From the NCBI GenBank assembly GCA_904502165.1, contig CAJGDB010000001.1, positions 2,614 through 66,613 on the forward strand: a DNA stretch of 64,000 nucleotides, given 5' to 3'. The position numbers were made by a program, and so were the translations under genes. The first letter of the stretch is position 1, and each line of letters begins with the position of its first letter. Positions 19,145 to 29,840 of this stretch are shown one piece after another. The notes below the pieces were generated by a model. That model saw only the letters and a program-made list of their open reading frames with translations, was not told where the DNA came from and made no database searches. This DNA is from an uncultured Akkermansia sp. Lineage in GTDB: Bacteria > Verrucomicrobiota > Verrucomicrobiia > Verrucomicrobiales > Akkermansiaceae.

Positions 19145-21814
19145 TCAGCTCAGGGCGTTCAGCATGGCTTCAAGCTGGGCCGTTCTGGATTCCCATTCGG
19201 AGAGTCGGGCCCGCTCCTGCTCCACCACGGCGGCAGGTGCGCGGTCTACAAACGAGGCATTGCCCAGCTTGGCTTTGCTCTTGGCAATCTCCTTGCTCAT
19301 CTTTTCCAGCTCCTTCGAGATGCGGGCCCGTTCGGCCTCAACATCCACAAGGCCTTCCAGCGGCAGGAAGAGTTCACCCAGCGGCGTAAGCGCCGTAGGT
19401 GTACCCTTGGGGGCATCGTAATCCGGGTTCAGCTCTGCAGCCTGGGCTCCGGCAAGAAGGGCAAGGCGGTCGGCAAGGTCGGCATTCACAGGAATACCGG
19501 CAGGCTTGAGTACAAACTTAACTTTGCGGTTCGTTGCCAGGTTGTATTCGGCCTTCAGGTTACGGGCCTTGTTGGCTGTGTCGTACAGCGCAGAGGCTGT
19601 GGCCCTGGCCTTGGAGATTTCTGTGTTGTCCAGCCCGGCGAGCAGGGAGTCTGCGTTCGGCAGCGTGGTGCTCATCAGCGGCTGCCCATCCTTGGCAAAG
19701 CCGAGGCTTGCCCAGAGTTCTTCTGTAATGTGCGGCATGATGGGCGCAAGCAGTGCCAGGTAGTGGCGCAGCACGGTATCCATGGTGAAGAGCGTGGCGT
19801 TCTTCACGGCGGGGTCGCCGTCGCGCAGGTCGTTCTTCACGGCCTCGAGGAACAGGGAGCAGTATTCATTCCAGAAGAAGGAATAGAGAGCCTGCGTATA
19901 GGTGTTGAATTCGTACTTGCCGAGACCCTCTGCCACAGTAGTGTGCAGTTCCTTGAGCTTGGAGAGAATATCAATATGAACAGCCGTGAATTTGGGTGCG
20001 GGCTCGGTGGTGGCAGCTCCCTGCATCATGCGGAAGCGGGCGGCGTTGTACAGCTTGTTGGCAAAGTTCTTGCCTTCTTCAATCTGTTTTTCGTCGAACT
20101 TCACATCGGTGCCGGTGGGGGCGATTCGCATCAGGCCGAAGCGCAGGCCGTCGGCTCCGTATCTGGCAATGAGGTCGAGAGGATCAGGGCTGTTACCCAG
20201 GCTCTTACTCATCTTTCGGCCCTGCAGGTCACGCACAATGGAGGTGAAGAATACATTGCCGAAGGGCTTGCCGCCGGCAAAGCGGTAGCCGGCCATAATC
20301 ATGCGGGCCACCCAGAAGAAGATGATGTCCGGGCCGGTTACGAGGTCGCTGGTCGGGTAGAACTTGGCCAGACAGTCCTTGTCCATGGTGGAGAAAGGCC
20401 ACAGCCAGCTGCTGAACCAGGTGTCAAGAGCGTCTTCGTCCTGTACCCAGTTTTCCGGGTCGGCGGGGGGCTCCACGCCCACGTAGATGTCACCGGCGGC
20501 GGCGTCTTCGGCATCCAGCTTGGTGGCAGCCTGAAGCTCTGCAGCCTTGTCTTTCTTGTACCATACCGGAATGCGGTGTCCCCACCACAGCTGGCGGGAA
20601 ATGCACCAGTCCTGGATACCTTCGAGCCAGTGGGCGTAGGTCTTGCCCCAATGGGCAGGGCGGAATACGATGTCGCCATTGGCCACGGCATCAGCTGCTT
20701 CCTTGACACAGGGATATTTGAGGAACCACTGCATGCTCAGGCGGGGTTCAATCGGCACGTCGGAACGCTGGGAGATACCCACATTGTTCTCGTAGTCCTC
20801 CACCTTTTCCAGCAGCCCCTTGGCTTCAATGAGCTCAATGGACTTTTCGCGGGCCACAAAGCGGTCCAGCCCGTGCAGTTCAGGGCATCCGGGGCAGTTG
20901 ATGTGACCATCGGCGGTGAGAACGTCGATGATTTCGAGGTTGTTCTTCATGCCCACCTCAAAGTCAGTACGGTCGTGGGCGGGGGTAATCTTCAGCGCGC
21001 CTGTACCGAAGTCGATTTCCACATGATCATCAGCAATAATCGGGATTTCCGCATCGCAGAGCGGGCGGATGACTGTCTTGCCGATAAGGTGGGCGAATCG
21101 CGGGTCTTTCGGGTTCACTGCCACGGCAACGTCGGCCATGATAGTTTCCGGGCGAGTGGTGGAGACGAGCAGCTGGCCGCTGCCGTCTGCCAGTTTGTAG
21201 CGGATGGTATAAAGCTTGCTCTTGGAGGGTGTCATGATTACCTCTTCGTCAGAAAGGGCGGTGAGCAGCACCGGGTCCCAGTTCACCATACGATGACCAC
21301 GGTAAATGAGGCCTTCCTTGAAGAGTTCGGTGAAGACGCGTGCTACCTCCGGGGCATACACATCGTCCATGGTGAAGCGCTCGCGTTCCCAGTCGCAGGA
21401 GCAGCCCAGCTTCTTGAGCTGCTTAATGATGATGCCGCCGTGTTTTTCCTTCCAGTCCCACACCATGTCCACAAAAGCCTTACGGCCTACATCGAAACGA
21501 GTGCGGGGAGGGGTTTCCCTGGCCAGTTCCTTTTCCACACGGGCCTGGGTGGCAATGCCTGCGTGGTCTGTGCCGGGCAGCCAGAGAACCTCCTTGCCTT
21601 CCTGGCGGGCGCGGCGGGCCAGAATATCCTGAATTGTGTTGTTGAGCACATGCCCCATGTGCAGCACACCTGTGACATTGGGCGGGGGAATGACAATGCT
21701 GTACGCAGGCTTGTCAGAATGAGGGTCTGCGTGGAAGCAACCCTCTGATATCCAGCGGGTCTGCCATTTTTCTTCAACTAAGGTCGGTTCGTAAGCCTTG
21801 GGCAATTCAGTCAT
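19145..21814 (-). CDS. valS: Valine--tRNA ligase
   Basis: PPPNVTGVLHMGH, DWCISRQLWWGH, KMSKS, C-terminal coiled coil; start MTELPKAY. Confidence 0.97.
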   Translation of the reverse strand: MTELPKAYEPTLVEEKWQTRWISEGCFHADPHSDKPAYSIVIPPPNVTGVLHMGHVLNNTIQDILARRARQEGKEVLWLPGTDHAGIATQARVEKELARETPPRTRFDVGRKAFVDMVWDWKEKHGGIIIKQLKKLGCSCDWERERFTMDDVYAPEVARVFTELFKEGLIYRGHRMVNWDPVLLTALSDEEVIMTPSKSKLYTIRYKLADGSGQLLVSTTRPETIMADVAVAVNPKDPRFAHLIGKTVIRPLCDAEIPIIADDHVEIDFGTGALKITPAHDRTDFEVGMKNNLEIIDVLTADGHINCPGCPELHGLDRFVAREKSIELIEAKGLLEKVEDYENNVGISQRSDVPIEPRLSMQWFLKYPCVKEAADAVANGDIVFRPAHWGKTYAHWLEGIQDWCISRQLWWGHRIPVWYKKDKAAELQAATKLDAEDAAAGDIYVGVEPPADPENWVQDEDALDTWFSSWLWPFSTMDKDCLAKFYPTSDLVTGPDIIFFWVARMIMAGYRFAGGKPFGNVFFTSIVRDLQGRKMSKSLGNSPDPLDLIARYGADGLRFGLMRIAPTGTDVKFDEKQIEEGKNFANKLYNAARFRMMQGAATTEPAPKFTAVHIDILSKLKELHTTVAEGLGKYEFNTYTQALYSFFWNEYCSLFLEAVKNDLRDGDPAVKNATLFTMDTVLRHYLALLAPIMPHITEELWASLGFAKDGQPLMSTTLPNADSLLAGLDNTEISKARATASALYDTANKARNLKAEYNLATNRKVKFVLKPAGIPVNADLADRLALLAGAQAAELNPDYDAPKGTPTALTPLGELFLPLEGLVDVEAERARISKELEKMSKEIAKSKAKLGNASFVDRAPAAVVEQERARLSEWESRTAQLEAMLNALS

Positions 21815-21932
21815 GACGGCGGCGATTCTACTCCTATTCTCCCCTGAAATCAAGCCTTTTCGCGCAGCTGACGCATAGTCCTTTCAGGCAGTCTTGACAC
21901 AGGAACAGGATTGCGTTATTCTCGAGCCCGCA

Positions 21933-22619
21933 ATGATGAAAATGCTGCGTAATATCCTGCTGTCTGTCCTGCTGTGTTCCGTGGCTCAGGCGGTGGAAGT
22001 CGTGCTCTGCGGCGGGGTGGCCCTGCGTTCATGGGAGAATTTCCGTGGTCCTGCCGCGCATGATAACTGGTGGGCCAATTTTGTACGCGCATCCACCGTA
22101 TACATAGATGGCGCTCTTGCGCGTAATCCGGATAAGGATATACTCTGGATTGTGTATCGTCCGTCCTACATCTCCCGGGGAAGGGAAAACCAGATTGACT
22201 ACGTTTCCCGCATCCGCGAAACCGCCTCCAACCGTAAAATCCGTTTCAAGTTTGTGGATTCGGCAGATGAGGCCTACGCTGCCATTAACAGCGCCCCTCG
22301 GAACAAGAAGGACCGCATTACTGCTTTCTTCTATTTCGGCCATAGCAATCCGCATGCTTTCATGCTTGATTACAGCAATGACATCATGGCGGCCTCTACC
22401 GCCTGGATACATGAAAAAGACCTTGCAACAAAAATCAACCCGGAGGTGTTTGACCCCAATGCGGAATGCTGGAGCTACGGCTGCTATACCGGGCGCAGCA
22501 TGAGCCGTTTCTGGCGCAAGGCCTTTAATGTGGGTCTCTGGGGTAACCTCGAATCCACCCGTTACCAGCCTGTGGGCCAGGGTAAGCTGCCTGCCGGTGC
22601 CGGCAAATGGGTGCGCTGA
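21933..22619 (+). CDS. Exported hypothetical protein
   Basis: TTGACA-17nt-TATTCT upstream; signal peptide; FGHS and YGCYTG motifs. Confidence 0.75.
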   Translation: MMKMLRNILLSVLLCSVAQAVEVVLCGGVALRSWENFRGPAAHDNWWANFVRASTVYIDGALARNPDKDILWIVYRPSYISRGRENQIDYVSRIRETASNRKIRFKFVDSADEAYAAINSAPRNKKDRITAFFYFGHSNPHAFMLDYSNDIMAASTAWIHEKDLATKINPEVFDPNAECWSYGCYTGRSMSRFWRKAFNVGLWGNLESTRYQPVGQGKLPAGAGKWVR

Positions 22620-22621
22620 GC

Positions 22622-22658
22622 TGAAAAAAGGCGGGCTTGTTACAGCCCGCCTTTTTCA
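22622..22658. terminator. Bidirectional intrinsic terminator
   Basis: AAAAAAGGCGGGCT-tgttac-AGCCCGCCTTTTT between convergent genes. Confidence 0.8.
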
Positions 22659-22659
22659 T

Positions 22660-25257
22660 TCATGAATCCTTCTTCTTTCTGCTCGCCCGTTTTTTCGGGG
22701 CCGGCTTCGGAGAATCCTCGGTGAAGTCGATGTTGCTGGTGCCTTCCGGGCAGATGGCTCGGCTCATGCACCCCGCCGCCAGCTCGCCGCGCAGAATGGC
22801 TTCTGCAATGGGGTCCTCGAGCAGGCGTTCAATGGCGCGGCGCATGGGGCGGGCACCATACTGCGGGTCGTATCCCTTGTCCACCAGCATGCTGATGACC
22901 TCTGGCGAGAGTGTGAGTGAAATCTGCTTCTCGGCCAGGCGGAGGATGAGTTTCCGGGCCTCAAGTTCCACAATTTTCTCCAGATCCGGGCGGTCAAGCA
23001 TGCGGAAGACAATGAGTTCATCAAAGCGGTTGATGAATTCCGGGCGGAAGTGCTTTTTAGCGGCTTCCGTAATTTTCTCCTTCATGCTGTCGTAGTCGTC
23101 CTCCTTGCTGGAAACGGCACCAAAGCCCATGGTGCTCTGCTGGGTGGCCAGGCTGGCGCCGACATTGGAGGTGAGAATGATGATGGTATTGCTGAAATTC
23201 ACCTTGCGGCCCAGCGAGTCAGTCATGCAGCCTTCTTCCAGTACCTGCAGCAGCAGGTTCATGACATCCGGGTGGGCTTTCTCCACTTCATCGAAGAGAA
23301 TCACCGCATACGGGCGGCGTCGCACGCGTTCTGTGAGCTGCCCGCCTTCATCGTGCCCCACGTAACCGGGAGGCGAACCAATGAGCCTGCTGGTGCTGAA
23401 TTTCTCCATGTACTCACTCATATCCACCTGAATGAGTGCCTCTGCCGTGCCGAACATGAGTTCGGCAAGATTGCGGGCCAGGTAGGTCTTGCCCACACCG
23501 GTTGGCCCCATGAAGAGGAAGGAACCAATGGGGCGGCGGGGGTCTTTAACATCGGCCCGGCTGCGGCGGAGTGCGCGTGAGATGGCAGAGCAGGCAATAT
23601 CCTGCCCGATGACCTTGCTCTTCAGCTCTTCCTCCATGCGGAGCAGCTTCTCGGTCTCCTTTTCCTCCATGCGGGCCAGTGGAATACCCGTCCATTTGGA
23701 AACAACCGCCATGATGTCGTCTTCCGTTACTTCCAGGAAGCTTGAATCCATCTTCGCCTTCCAGTCTTGCACAGAATGGCCGATTTTCTTCTCCAGGTCT
23801 CTGATGGAATCCCTCAGTCTGGCAGCTGTTTCGAAGTTCTGCTTATCTACGGCTTCCTTCTTTGCGGCCTCCAACCGGCGCAGTTCACTCTCTTCCTTCT
23901 TGATGTCGGAAGGTCGGGTCATGATAGATACACGCATGCGGGAGCCCGCTTCATCCATGAGGTCGATGGCCTTATCAGGCAGGAAACGCCCGGTCAGATA
24001 GCGTTTGGAGAGATAGGCTGCACTTTCGAGCGCCTTTTCGGTATAATGCACATGGTGGTGCTTTTCATACTGCGGGGCAATACCCTTGAGAATCTGCAGG
24101 GTATCCTCCACGCTGGGCTCATTCACCTGCACCTGCTGGAAACGGCGTTCAAAGGCTGCATCTTTCTCGATGTGCTTACGGTATTCGTTGAGCGTGGTAG
24201 CGCCGATGGCCTGCATCTCACCGCGGGAAAGCGCAGGCTTGATGATGTTGGAGGCATCCATCGTACCCTCGGCAGAACCGGCGCCGATGAGAGTATGAAT
24301 TTCATCAATGAAGAGAATGATGTTTTTTTCCTTGCGGATTTCATCCATGACCGCCTTGAGGCGTTCCTCGAACTGCCCGCGGTATTTGGTACCAGCCACC
24401 ATGAGCGCCATATCCAGGGAAATAAGGCGTTTGCCAATCAGGAATTCCGGTACATCACCCGTAGCAATCTGCTGGGCAAGCCCCTCCACAATGGCTGTTT
24501 TACCCACGCCGGCCTCGCCCAGCAGAACGGGGTTGTTCTTGGTGCGGCGGCACAGAATCTGAATCACGCGTTCCAGCTCCTGCTGGCGGCCGATGACTGG
24601 GTCCATCTCACCCGCTGCGGCCTTGGCCGTGAGATCGCGGCCAAAAGCGCTCAGGGCAGGGGTCTTGGAATTGCTGTTGTAGGAAGCCGCGTTGTTACCA
24701 GCGGTCTGGCGATGCAGGAAAGCGTTGCTGTCCTCTTCCTCCTCCTCCTCGTGCCGGTGGCGGTGCGGGCCATCTGCAGGCTGGTCATCCGCAGGGGAAC
24801 CCGAGCCGGAATCCACGCTGAACCCCGGGTTGATTTCCTCCATCACGCCACGGCGTACTGTGTCGTATGTCATGCCGGTGGACATGAGGCTGTGCCAGGC
24901 AAGCCCATCCTCATCGCGCAGCATAGCCAGAAGCAAATGCTCGGTTCCCACGTAGGTGTGGCGCAGTTTTTTTGCTTCCTCACCTGCCTGGATGAGGATT
25001 TTACGCACCCGGGGTGTATAGGGGAGGTTGCCTTCGGTAGAGGCGGAACCAGGTACAATGCTCTGCTCAATCTTCAGCGTGAGGTCTGCGATATCGACGC
25101 CGGCATTTTCCATGACGCTGATGGCAACGCCTTGTCCGAGCTTGAGCAGACCGAGCAGGACGTGTTCTGCACCAATGTAATTGTGGTGGAAACGATCGGC
25201 TTCACGGCGGGCAATATTGAGAACCTGTTGAGCGCGGGGAGTGAAATTGTTATTCAT
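22660..25257 (-). CDS. clpC: ATP-dependent Clp protease ATP-binding subunit ClpC
   Basis: Clp_N repeats, [11 protein letters not shown] motif, [18 protein letters not shown]. Confidence 0.95.
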   Translation of the reverse strand: MNNNFTPRAQQVLNIARREADRFHHNYIGAEHVLLGLLKLGQGVAISVMENAGVDIADLTLKIEQSIVPGSASTEGNLPYTPRVRKILIQAGEEAKKLRHTYVGTEHLLLAMLRDEDGLAWHSLMSTGMTYDTVRRGVMEEINPGFSVDSGSGSPADDQPADGPHRHRHEEEEEEDSNAFLHRQTAGNNAASYNSNSKTPALSAFGRDLTAKAAAGEMDPVIGRQQELERVIQILCRRTKNNPVLLGEAGVGKTAIVEGLAQQIATGDVPEFLIGKRLISLDMALMVAGTKYRGQFEERLKAVMDEIRKEKNIILFIDEIHTLIGAGSAEGTMDASNIIKPALSRGEMQAIGATTLNEYRKHIEKDAAFERRFQQVQVNEPSVEDTLQILKGIAPQYEKHHHVHYTEKALESAAYLSKRYLTGRFLPDKAIDLMDEAGSRMRVSIMTRPSDIKKEESELRRLEAAKKEAVDKQNFETAARLRDSIRDLEKKIGHSVQDWKAKMDSSFLEVTEDDIMAVVSKWTGIPLARMEEKETEKLLRMEEELKSKVIGQDIACSAISRALRRSRADVKDPRRPIGSFLFMGPTGVGKTYLARNLAELMFGTAEALIQVDMSEYMEKFSTSRLIGSPPGYVGHDEGGQLTERVRRRPYAVILFDEVEKAHPDVMNLLLQVLEEGCMTDSLGRKVNFSNTIIILTSNVGASLATQQSTMGFGAVSSKEDDYDSMKEKITEAAKKHFRPEFINRFDELIVFRMLDRPDLEKIVELEARKLILRLAEKQISLTLSPEVISMLVDKGYDPQYGARPMRRAIERLLEDPIAEAILRGELAAGCMSRAICPEGTSNIDFTEDSPKPAPKKRASRKKKDS

Positions 25258-26339
25258 ACTGCGGTATCAGAAAAATGGTGAGGGTGGTTGTTAAGGAAAT
25301 CGCGGGCGGCTGTGGCGCGGCGCAGGCAGAGTGAGGGGTCTCCCTTTTCTTCTGCCAGCGCGGTGATGGTGGCTTGGTCCAGCACAAAGTTGTTGAGTGC
25401 AACAAGGATGTCGTGCTCCTCCTCCTGCCAGCAGATGAGCTTCAGCAGCGTACCCAGTCGGAGCAGGGATGCCGCATCGCGCAGTTCTTTGATGCTGAGG
25501 CGGCGGCAGGTGTTAAGCAGACCATAGGCGCGGCCTATGGCATCCTGAAGGAAGAGACCGGGGGCACCCAGCAGCTTCTGGCGCACCTGTTGTTCGCGGT
25601 GTACCAGGTGCCGGACTACATCGGAGAAGCCTTCCTGTATTTCCTCGATACTGTCCTCCGGCCCGGGAATGGAGAAGAGGACGAAGAGGTGGCCTGTGTC
25701 ATCCTGCGAGTCAGAGAAATAAGGCGAAATGCTCACATGGAGCTTTTCGAGCGCCTTGGTGACCTGGTTCATCATGTTGGCGATGGAGAGACCCGGCAAA
25801 TGCAGCAGGCAATAGAGCTGCAGACCATCGCCTGCCTCGGAGGGAATACTGGTCAGGTAGCCGTTCAGCGGGGTATAGGCAAACTCCAGCTTGCTCTGGA
25901 GTTCTTCGTCCAGGTTGAGCAGTTCATTCATCCCGGAATCAAAGTCAAGACCGTTGCGGAAGGTGTGGATGACAAGGTGTTCCTCCTCGTTCACCATGAT
26001 GCAGACCGGGCGTTTCTGGGGAATGACGACAAAGCAGCCATCCTGGCGGGCGGCCATGCAGGGGGTGAGCTGTTTGCGGGTGAGCAGCGCACGGCGGATG
26101 CCGTAGGTCAGCTCGTTCATTTCGGCACAGACGGCATTCTTGTACCCGCGGATTTCCTTGATGGCCGGCAGAAGAACATCTGCCACAGCCTGACGGCCCT
26201 TCCGGGTACTCCAACCGGGAAATGGATAATCCGGCAGGTTACGAACCATGCGGACAATGCTGCCGATGACCACCCCGTTCGTTGTGTTACGACCGGGTTC
26301 CCAGTTCAGCTTGTTCTTGAGCAGGGATTCAGGCTTCAT
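25254..26339 (-). CDS. mcsB: Protein arginine kinase McsB homolog (active-site residues substituted)
   Basis: Between mcsA and clpC; VRN, MVNEEEH, GYLTSIP, HLPGL. Confidence 0.8.
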   Translation of the reverse strand: MKPESLLKNKLNWEPGRNTTNGVVIGSIVRMVRNLPDYPFPGWSTRKGRQAVADVLLPAIKEIRGYKNAVCAEMNELTYGIRRALLTRKQLTPCMAARQDGCFVVIPQKRPVCIMVNEEEHLVIHTFRNGLDFDSGMNELLNLDEELQSKLEFAYTPLNGYLTSIPSEAGDGLQLYCLLHLPGLSIANMMNQVTKALEKLHVSISPYFSDSQDDTGHLFVLFSIPGPEDSIEEIQEGFSDVVRHLVHREQQVRQKLLGAPGLFLQDAIGRAYGLLNTCRRLSIKELRDAASLLRLGTLLKLICWQEEEHDILVALNNFVLDQATITALAEEKGDPSLCLRRATAARDFLNNHPHHFSDTAV

Positions 26340-26839
26340 GCTTCAGAGTCGGGCAAGGCGTTAATCTGGTCGCGCAGCCTGGCCGCGCGTTCATAATCCT
26401 CGCGTTCAATCGCCTGTTGTAGTTCATTCTTCAGGCGGGCGCGCTGCACTGCGGGTGATTCATCCATATCTGCCGTGTCTATCTCGGCAGACGGATCCAG
26501 CTCCCGGGCGAAAACCGTGTAGCAATCCGGGCAGCCCAGGTGCCCTGTGCGGCGGTAATCCTCCAGCATGAACCCGCATACCGGGCAGCAGGTCATGGAG
26601 CCGTAACTCGGGGCAGGGGGGGATTCCGGCTCGCTGGATGTGAGCTCTCTCACCAGCTTATCAAGACGGTTGCGGAATTCCTCCGGGAAGAATTTCTCGG
26701 CAAAAGTGAGAGATTGCGGGTCAAAAAGCCCCTTGGCGCGGGCGCACGCTTCGCACAGGGCAAGCTCAGAAACTTGCCCGTTTACAATCTGCGTCAGGAA
26801 CATCGAGGCGCGTTTGCCGCATATCTGGCACTTTTTCAC
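26336..26839 (-). CDS. mcsA: McsA homolog (CxxC motifs plus UVR domain)
   Basis: CQIC, CEAC, CPVC, GCPDCY, AIEREDYERAARLRDQI. Confidence 0.88.
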   Translation of the reverse strand: MKKCQICGKRASMFLTQIVNGQVSELALCEACARAKGLFDPQSLTFAEKFFPEEFRNRLDKLVRELTSSEPESPPAPSYGSMTCCPVCGFMLEDYRRTGHLGCPDCYTVFARELDPSAEIDTADMDESPAVQRARLKNELQQAIEREDYERAARLRDQINALPDSEA

Positions 26840-26928
26840 GCCACAAGGCTACAACAGAATGGGCGCATTGGCGAGAAATCTGCGCGTCTTTCTGTGTCAG
26901 CAGACCCGGAATTGACCGGATTGTTGAG

Positions 26929-26957
26929 TTGACGCCATGCCGCCAACGTGGTAAATT
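26929..26957 (+). promoter_or_regulatory. sigma70-type promoter for mutL
   Basis: TTGACG-17nt-TAAATT (extended TG), 10 nt before ATG 26968. Confidence 0.6.
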
Positions 26958-26967
26958 GACCCCGACC

Positions 26968-28794
26968 ATGACAGAAACGCCGCAGCAGAACATCCACCTT
27001 ATGAGTGACATCCTGGCCAGCCAGGTGGCGGCCGGTGAGGTGGTGGAGCGTCCTGCTTCCGTTGTCAAGGAACTGGTGGAGAACAGCATTGATGCCGGTG
27101 CCCGCAGCGTGCGGGTTGAAATCCGCCGGGGTGGTGTGTCCCTCATCAAAGTGACAGATGACGGCTGTGGTATGAGCCGCGAGGATGCAGCCCTGTGTCT
27201 GCGCCGCCATGCAACCAGCAAACTCGTGCAGGTGGAAGATCTTTTTGCCATCCGGCATCTCGGCTTCCGAGGGGAGGCTCTGCCCAGCATAGCGTCTGTT
27301 TCGCACCTTACCCTCACCACCCGCCGGGCGGCAGAGGTAGAGGGGTGGACGCTGAGCTGTGAAGGCGGCGAGGAAAATCCGCTGATGAATGCGGGCTGTG
27401 CTCCCGGCACGGAAATCAGCGTCAGCAACCTCTTCTTCAACACCCCCGTGCGCCGTAAATTTCTGAAGAGCGATGAAACGGAAGCTGGCCATGTGGAACA
27501 CCAGGTGAGGTTGCACGCCCTGGCTTTCCCGGAATTGCGTTTCACCTTTGTCCGTGATGGACAGGTGGTTTTCGATGTGCCCTCTACGCATGATTTGCGG
27601 CAGCGTATAGGCGATTTTGTCGGGCGCGAGACAGCGGCTTCACTCATGAGGATTCGCCCCACAGAAGCCCCGGGGGTCCGGGTGAGCGGTTTTCTGATGC
27701 CTCTTTCTGCAGCCCGTCGCAACCGCCGCATGCAGTATGTCTTTCTGAACGGGCGTCCGGTCGAGGACCAGATTATCAATCGTGCCGTGCGCGATGGATA
27801 CGGAGGCTTTCCCCCCGGCCTGCATCCGGCCCTGTTTCTGTACCTTGAGGTAGAACCGGCCCTGGTCGATGTGAATGTGCATCCTGCCAAGCGCGAGGTG
27901 CGTTTCCGACGGCCTGCAGAAATCACCCTGGCTGTCATGGATGCCGTGGCTGCCACCCTGGCGGCCCATGCCCGCGGGGAAGAATCCCCCGCAGCCACAC
28001 CTGCTCCTGCCTGTCCTCCGCCTGCGGTAGAATCCGCTCAGTCTCGCCTGGCCTCTTCTACAGCCCCAGCCCCGTCGCCGAAGCGGGAAACTCCGGCGGC
28101 TGCCCCGGCTCTGCAGCGTCCCGCTCTCGTCCTCAAACCGCTGGTAGCTCCCCGGCAACAGGAATTGGAGCTGCCGTCTGCGCCGGCACCCGTGCTCGCC
28201 TCTCCGCCATCTCCCTTACCGAACTTCCGGCACATCGGCACGCTGCATCAGCAGTACGCCATCTTTGAAAACAAGGAGGGTATGGTACTCATGGCACCCC
28301 GCGCGGCGCGTGAACGCATCATTTTCGAGCGTCTGCAGGAAAGCAACCGCCGCCCTCTGATTTCGCAGCAACTGCTTGTTCCTGAACTGCTTGAGCTCGA
28401 TACCCGGGATATGGGGATTGCTCTGGAGGTGAAACCCCAGCTCGAGCAGGCCGGATTCCAGCTTTCCCCTTTTGGCCGCAACACGTTGCGAATAGAAGCT
28501 GTACCAGCCATTCTGCCTCTGCGGAAGGTGGGGGATTTCGTGCATGAACTTCTGCGGATTTTCACCAGCGGAGAAGTGCGCCTGACCCGCAGCCGGAGTC
28601 CCTTTGAACCCTTTGCCCGCCAGCTCGCCCGGCAATACGCCATGCAGGAGGACATAGCCCCCTATCTGCAGAATCCGCTGCCGCTGCTGGCCGCTCTGTT
28701 GGAATGTGAAATTCCCTACTGCAGCCCGGGAGGCAAGAGTACTCTGCTGCCTTTCCCCCTGACGGAGCTCAATCGGCGCTTTCAGGTGCAGTAA
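26968..28794 (+). CDS. mutL: DNA mismatch repair protein MutL
   Basis: AAGEVVERPASVVKELVENSIDAGA, GFRGEAL, VDVNVHPAKREV. Confidence 0.95.
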   Translation: MTETPQQNIHLMSDILASQVAAGEVVERPASVVKELVENSIDAGARSVRVEIRRGGVSLIKVTDDGCGMSREDAALCLRRHATSKLVQVEDLFAIRHLGFRGEALPSIASVSHLTLTTRRAAEVEGWTLSCEGGEENPLMNAGCAPGTEISVSNLFFNTPVRRKFLKSDETEAGHVEHQVRLHALAFPELRFTFVRDGQVVFDVPSTHDLRQRIGDFVGRETAASLMRIRPTEAPGVRVSGFLMPLSAARRNRRMQYVFLNGRPVEDQIINRAVRDGYGGFPPGLHPALFLYLEVEPALVDVNVHPAKREVRFRRPAEITLAVMDAVAATLAAHARGEESPAATPAPACPPPAVESAQSRLASSTAPAPSPKRETPAAAPALQRPALVLKPLVAPRQQELELPSAPAPVLASPPSPLPNFRHIGTLHQQYAIFENKEGMVLMAPRAARERIIFERLQESNRRPLISQQLLVPELLELDTRDMGIALEVKPQLEQAGFQLSPFGRNTLRIEAVPAILPLRKVGDFVHELLRIFTSGEVRLTRSRSPFEPFARQLARQYAMQEDIAPYLQNPLPLLAALLECEIPYCSPGGKSTLLPFPLTELNRRFQVQ

Positions 28795-28875
28795 AAGTGC
28801 CATAATATAGTCAATTGCAGGAAACTTGGCTTGCAATCCGGGGTGAAAAGCGTATAATATCCGGGCGTAATAAGC

Positions 28876-29826
28876 ATGAAGAATCTGCTCTACATTGCCG
28901 GGCTGTCGCTTGCGCTGGGAAATATACTCCCGGCACAAGCGCAGGGGATGATTGAGCCGGATTCTCCGGAATCAGCTGCGGAAGCTGCCGAACTTTCCCG
29001 GACGCTGGGGCAGGCTTTTCTCCAGACAGCAACGGATATGTGGTTTCTGCTTTCCGGCATCAGCAACCGCGAGGAAGCCGATAAAGCAGCCCCGGTTTTT
29101 CTCGAAAAAGCCAGAATCACCTTTGAACTGGACAACAAGCTGAGCAACATGCCGCTTGTTTCTCCTGATGAGGGCTGTGCCGGCATGATGGACGGTGTGC
29201 AGATGCGTATTCTGGAAACGCTGGATGACCTGCATGCCGAATTTCTGAGCCTCTGCCGTGCTAATTGCTATGAATCAACGCTGCTCAGCCAGGCCTTCGA
29301 GGAGGCTGTGAGCATGGGCATGTTTGCAGAGAGCGATGTGGAGCTTCTGCAGGATGCACCGACTGTCCCGCTGACAGAGGAGGAATCGAATGAGGAAATC
29401 CTGCGGATTGAGCGTCTGCTGGAGCCGGATCGCGCCGTACTCCGCATTCTGGAGAAAGTGAGCGATGCCCCATCTGCTTCCAAAGCCGCGTCGGAGCTGC
29501 TGCTGCTGTTGAATTCCTTCCGGCCTCTGCACCCCGCCGGTGAGGAAATGGGCAGCAGGGCCTTCACCCCGGCCACTGTCATGAAAGCCCGCGAGGCCAT
29601 GATTCTCATTGAGCCTGTTCTCTGGGGCATCCGTAGCGAAATTGTCCGCATTGCCGCGCTGCCGGGATACGAAGCTGAAACCTACGATGCCTTCTCCGAT
29701 GCACTGGATGCCATCTTCGAATCTCTGGGCAGTACCCATTGCCACTTATTCGAATCCGTGTTCGATGCCTCTTTCCGTTCCGACCTCGAAGCCGCGCTTC
29801 AGGAAAATACCGTTTCATCAAAATAA
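28876..29826 (+). CDS. Exported hypothetical helical protein with internal duplication
   Basis: Signal peptide; TTGCAA-16nt-TATAAT upstream; two similar segments. Confidence 0.72.
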   Translation: MKNLLYIAGLSLALGNILPAQAQGMIEPDSPESAAEAAELSRTLGQAFLQTATDMWFLLSGISNREEADKAAPVFLEKARITFELDNKLSNMPLVSPDEGCAGMMDGVQMRILETLDDLHAEFLSLCRANCYESTLLSQAFEEAVSMGMFAESDVELLQDAPTVPLTEEESNEEILRIERLLEPDRAVLRILEKVSDAPSASKAASELLLLLNSFRPLHPAGEEMGSRAFTPATVMKAREAMILIEPVLWGIRSEIVRIAALPGYEAETYDAFSDALDAIFESLGSTHCHLFESVFDASFRSDLEAALQENTVSSK

Positions 29827-29840
29827 ATCCCCGCAAATAT

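Noticed and set aside
19097..21748. 883-aa plus-strand ORF
   Set aside because: Antisense shadow of valS
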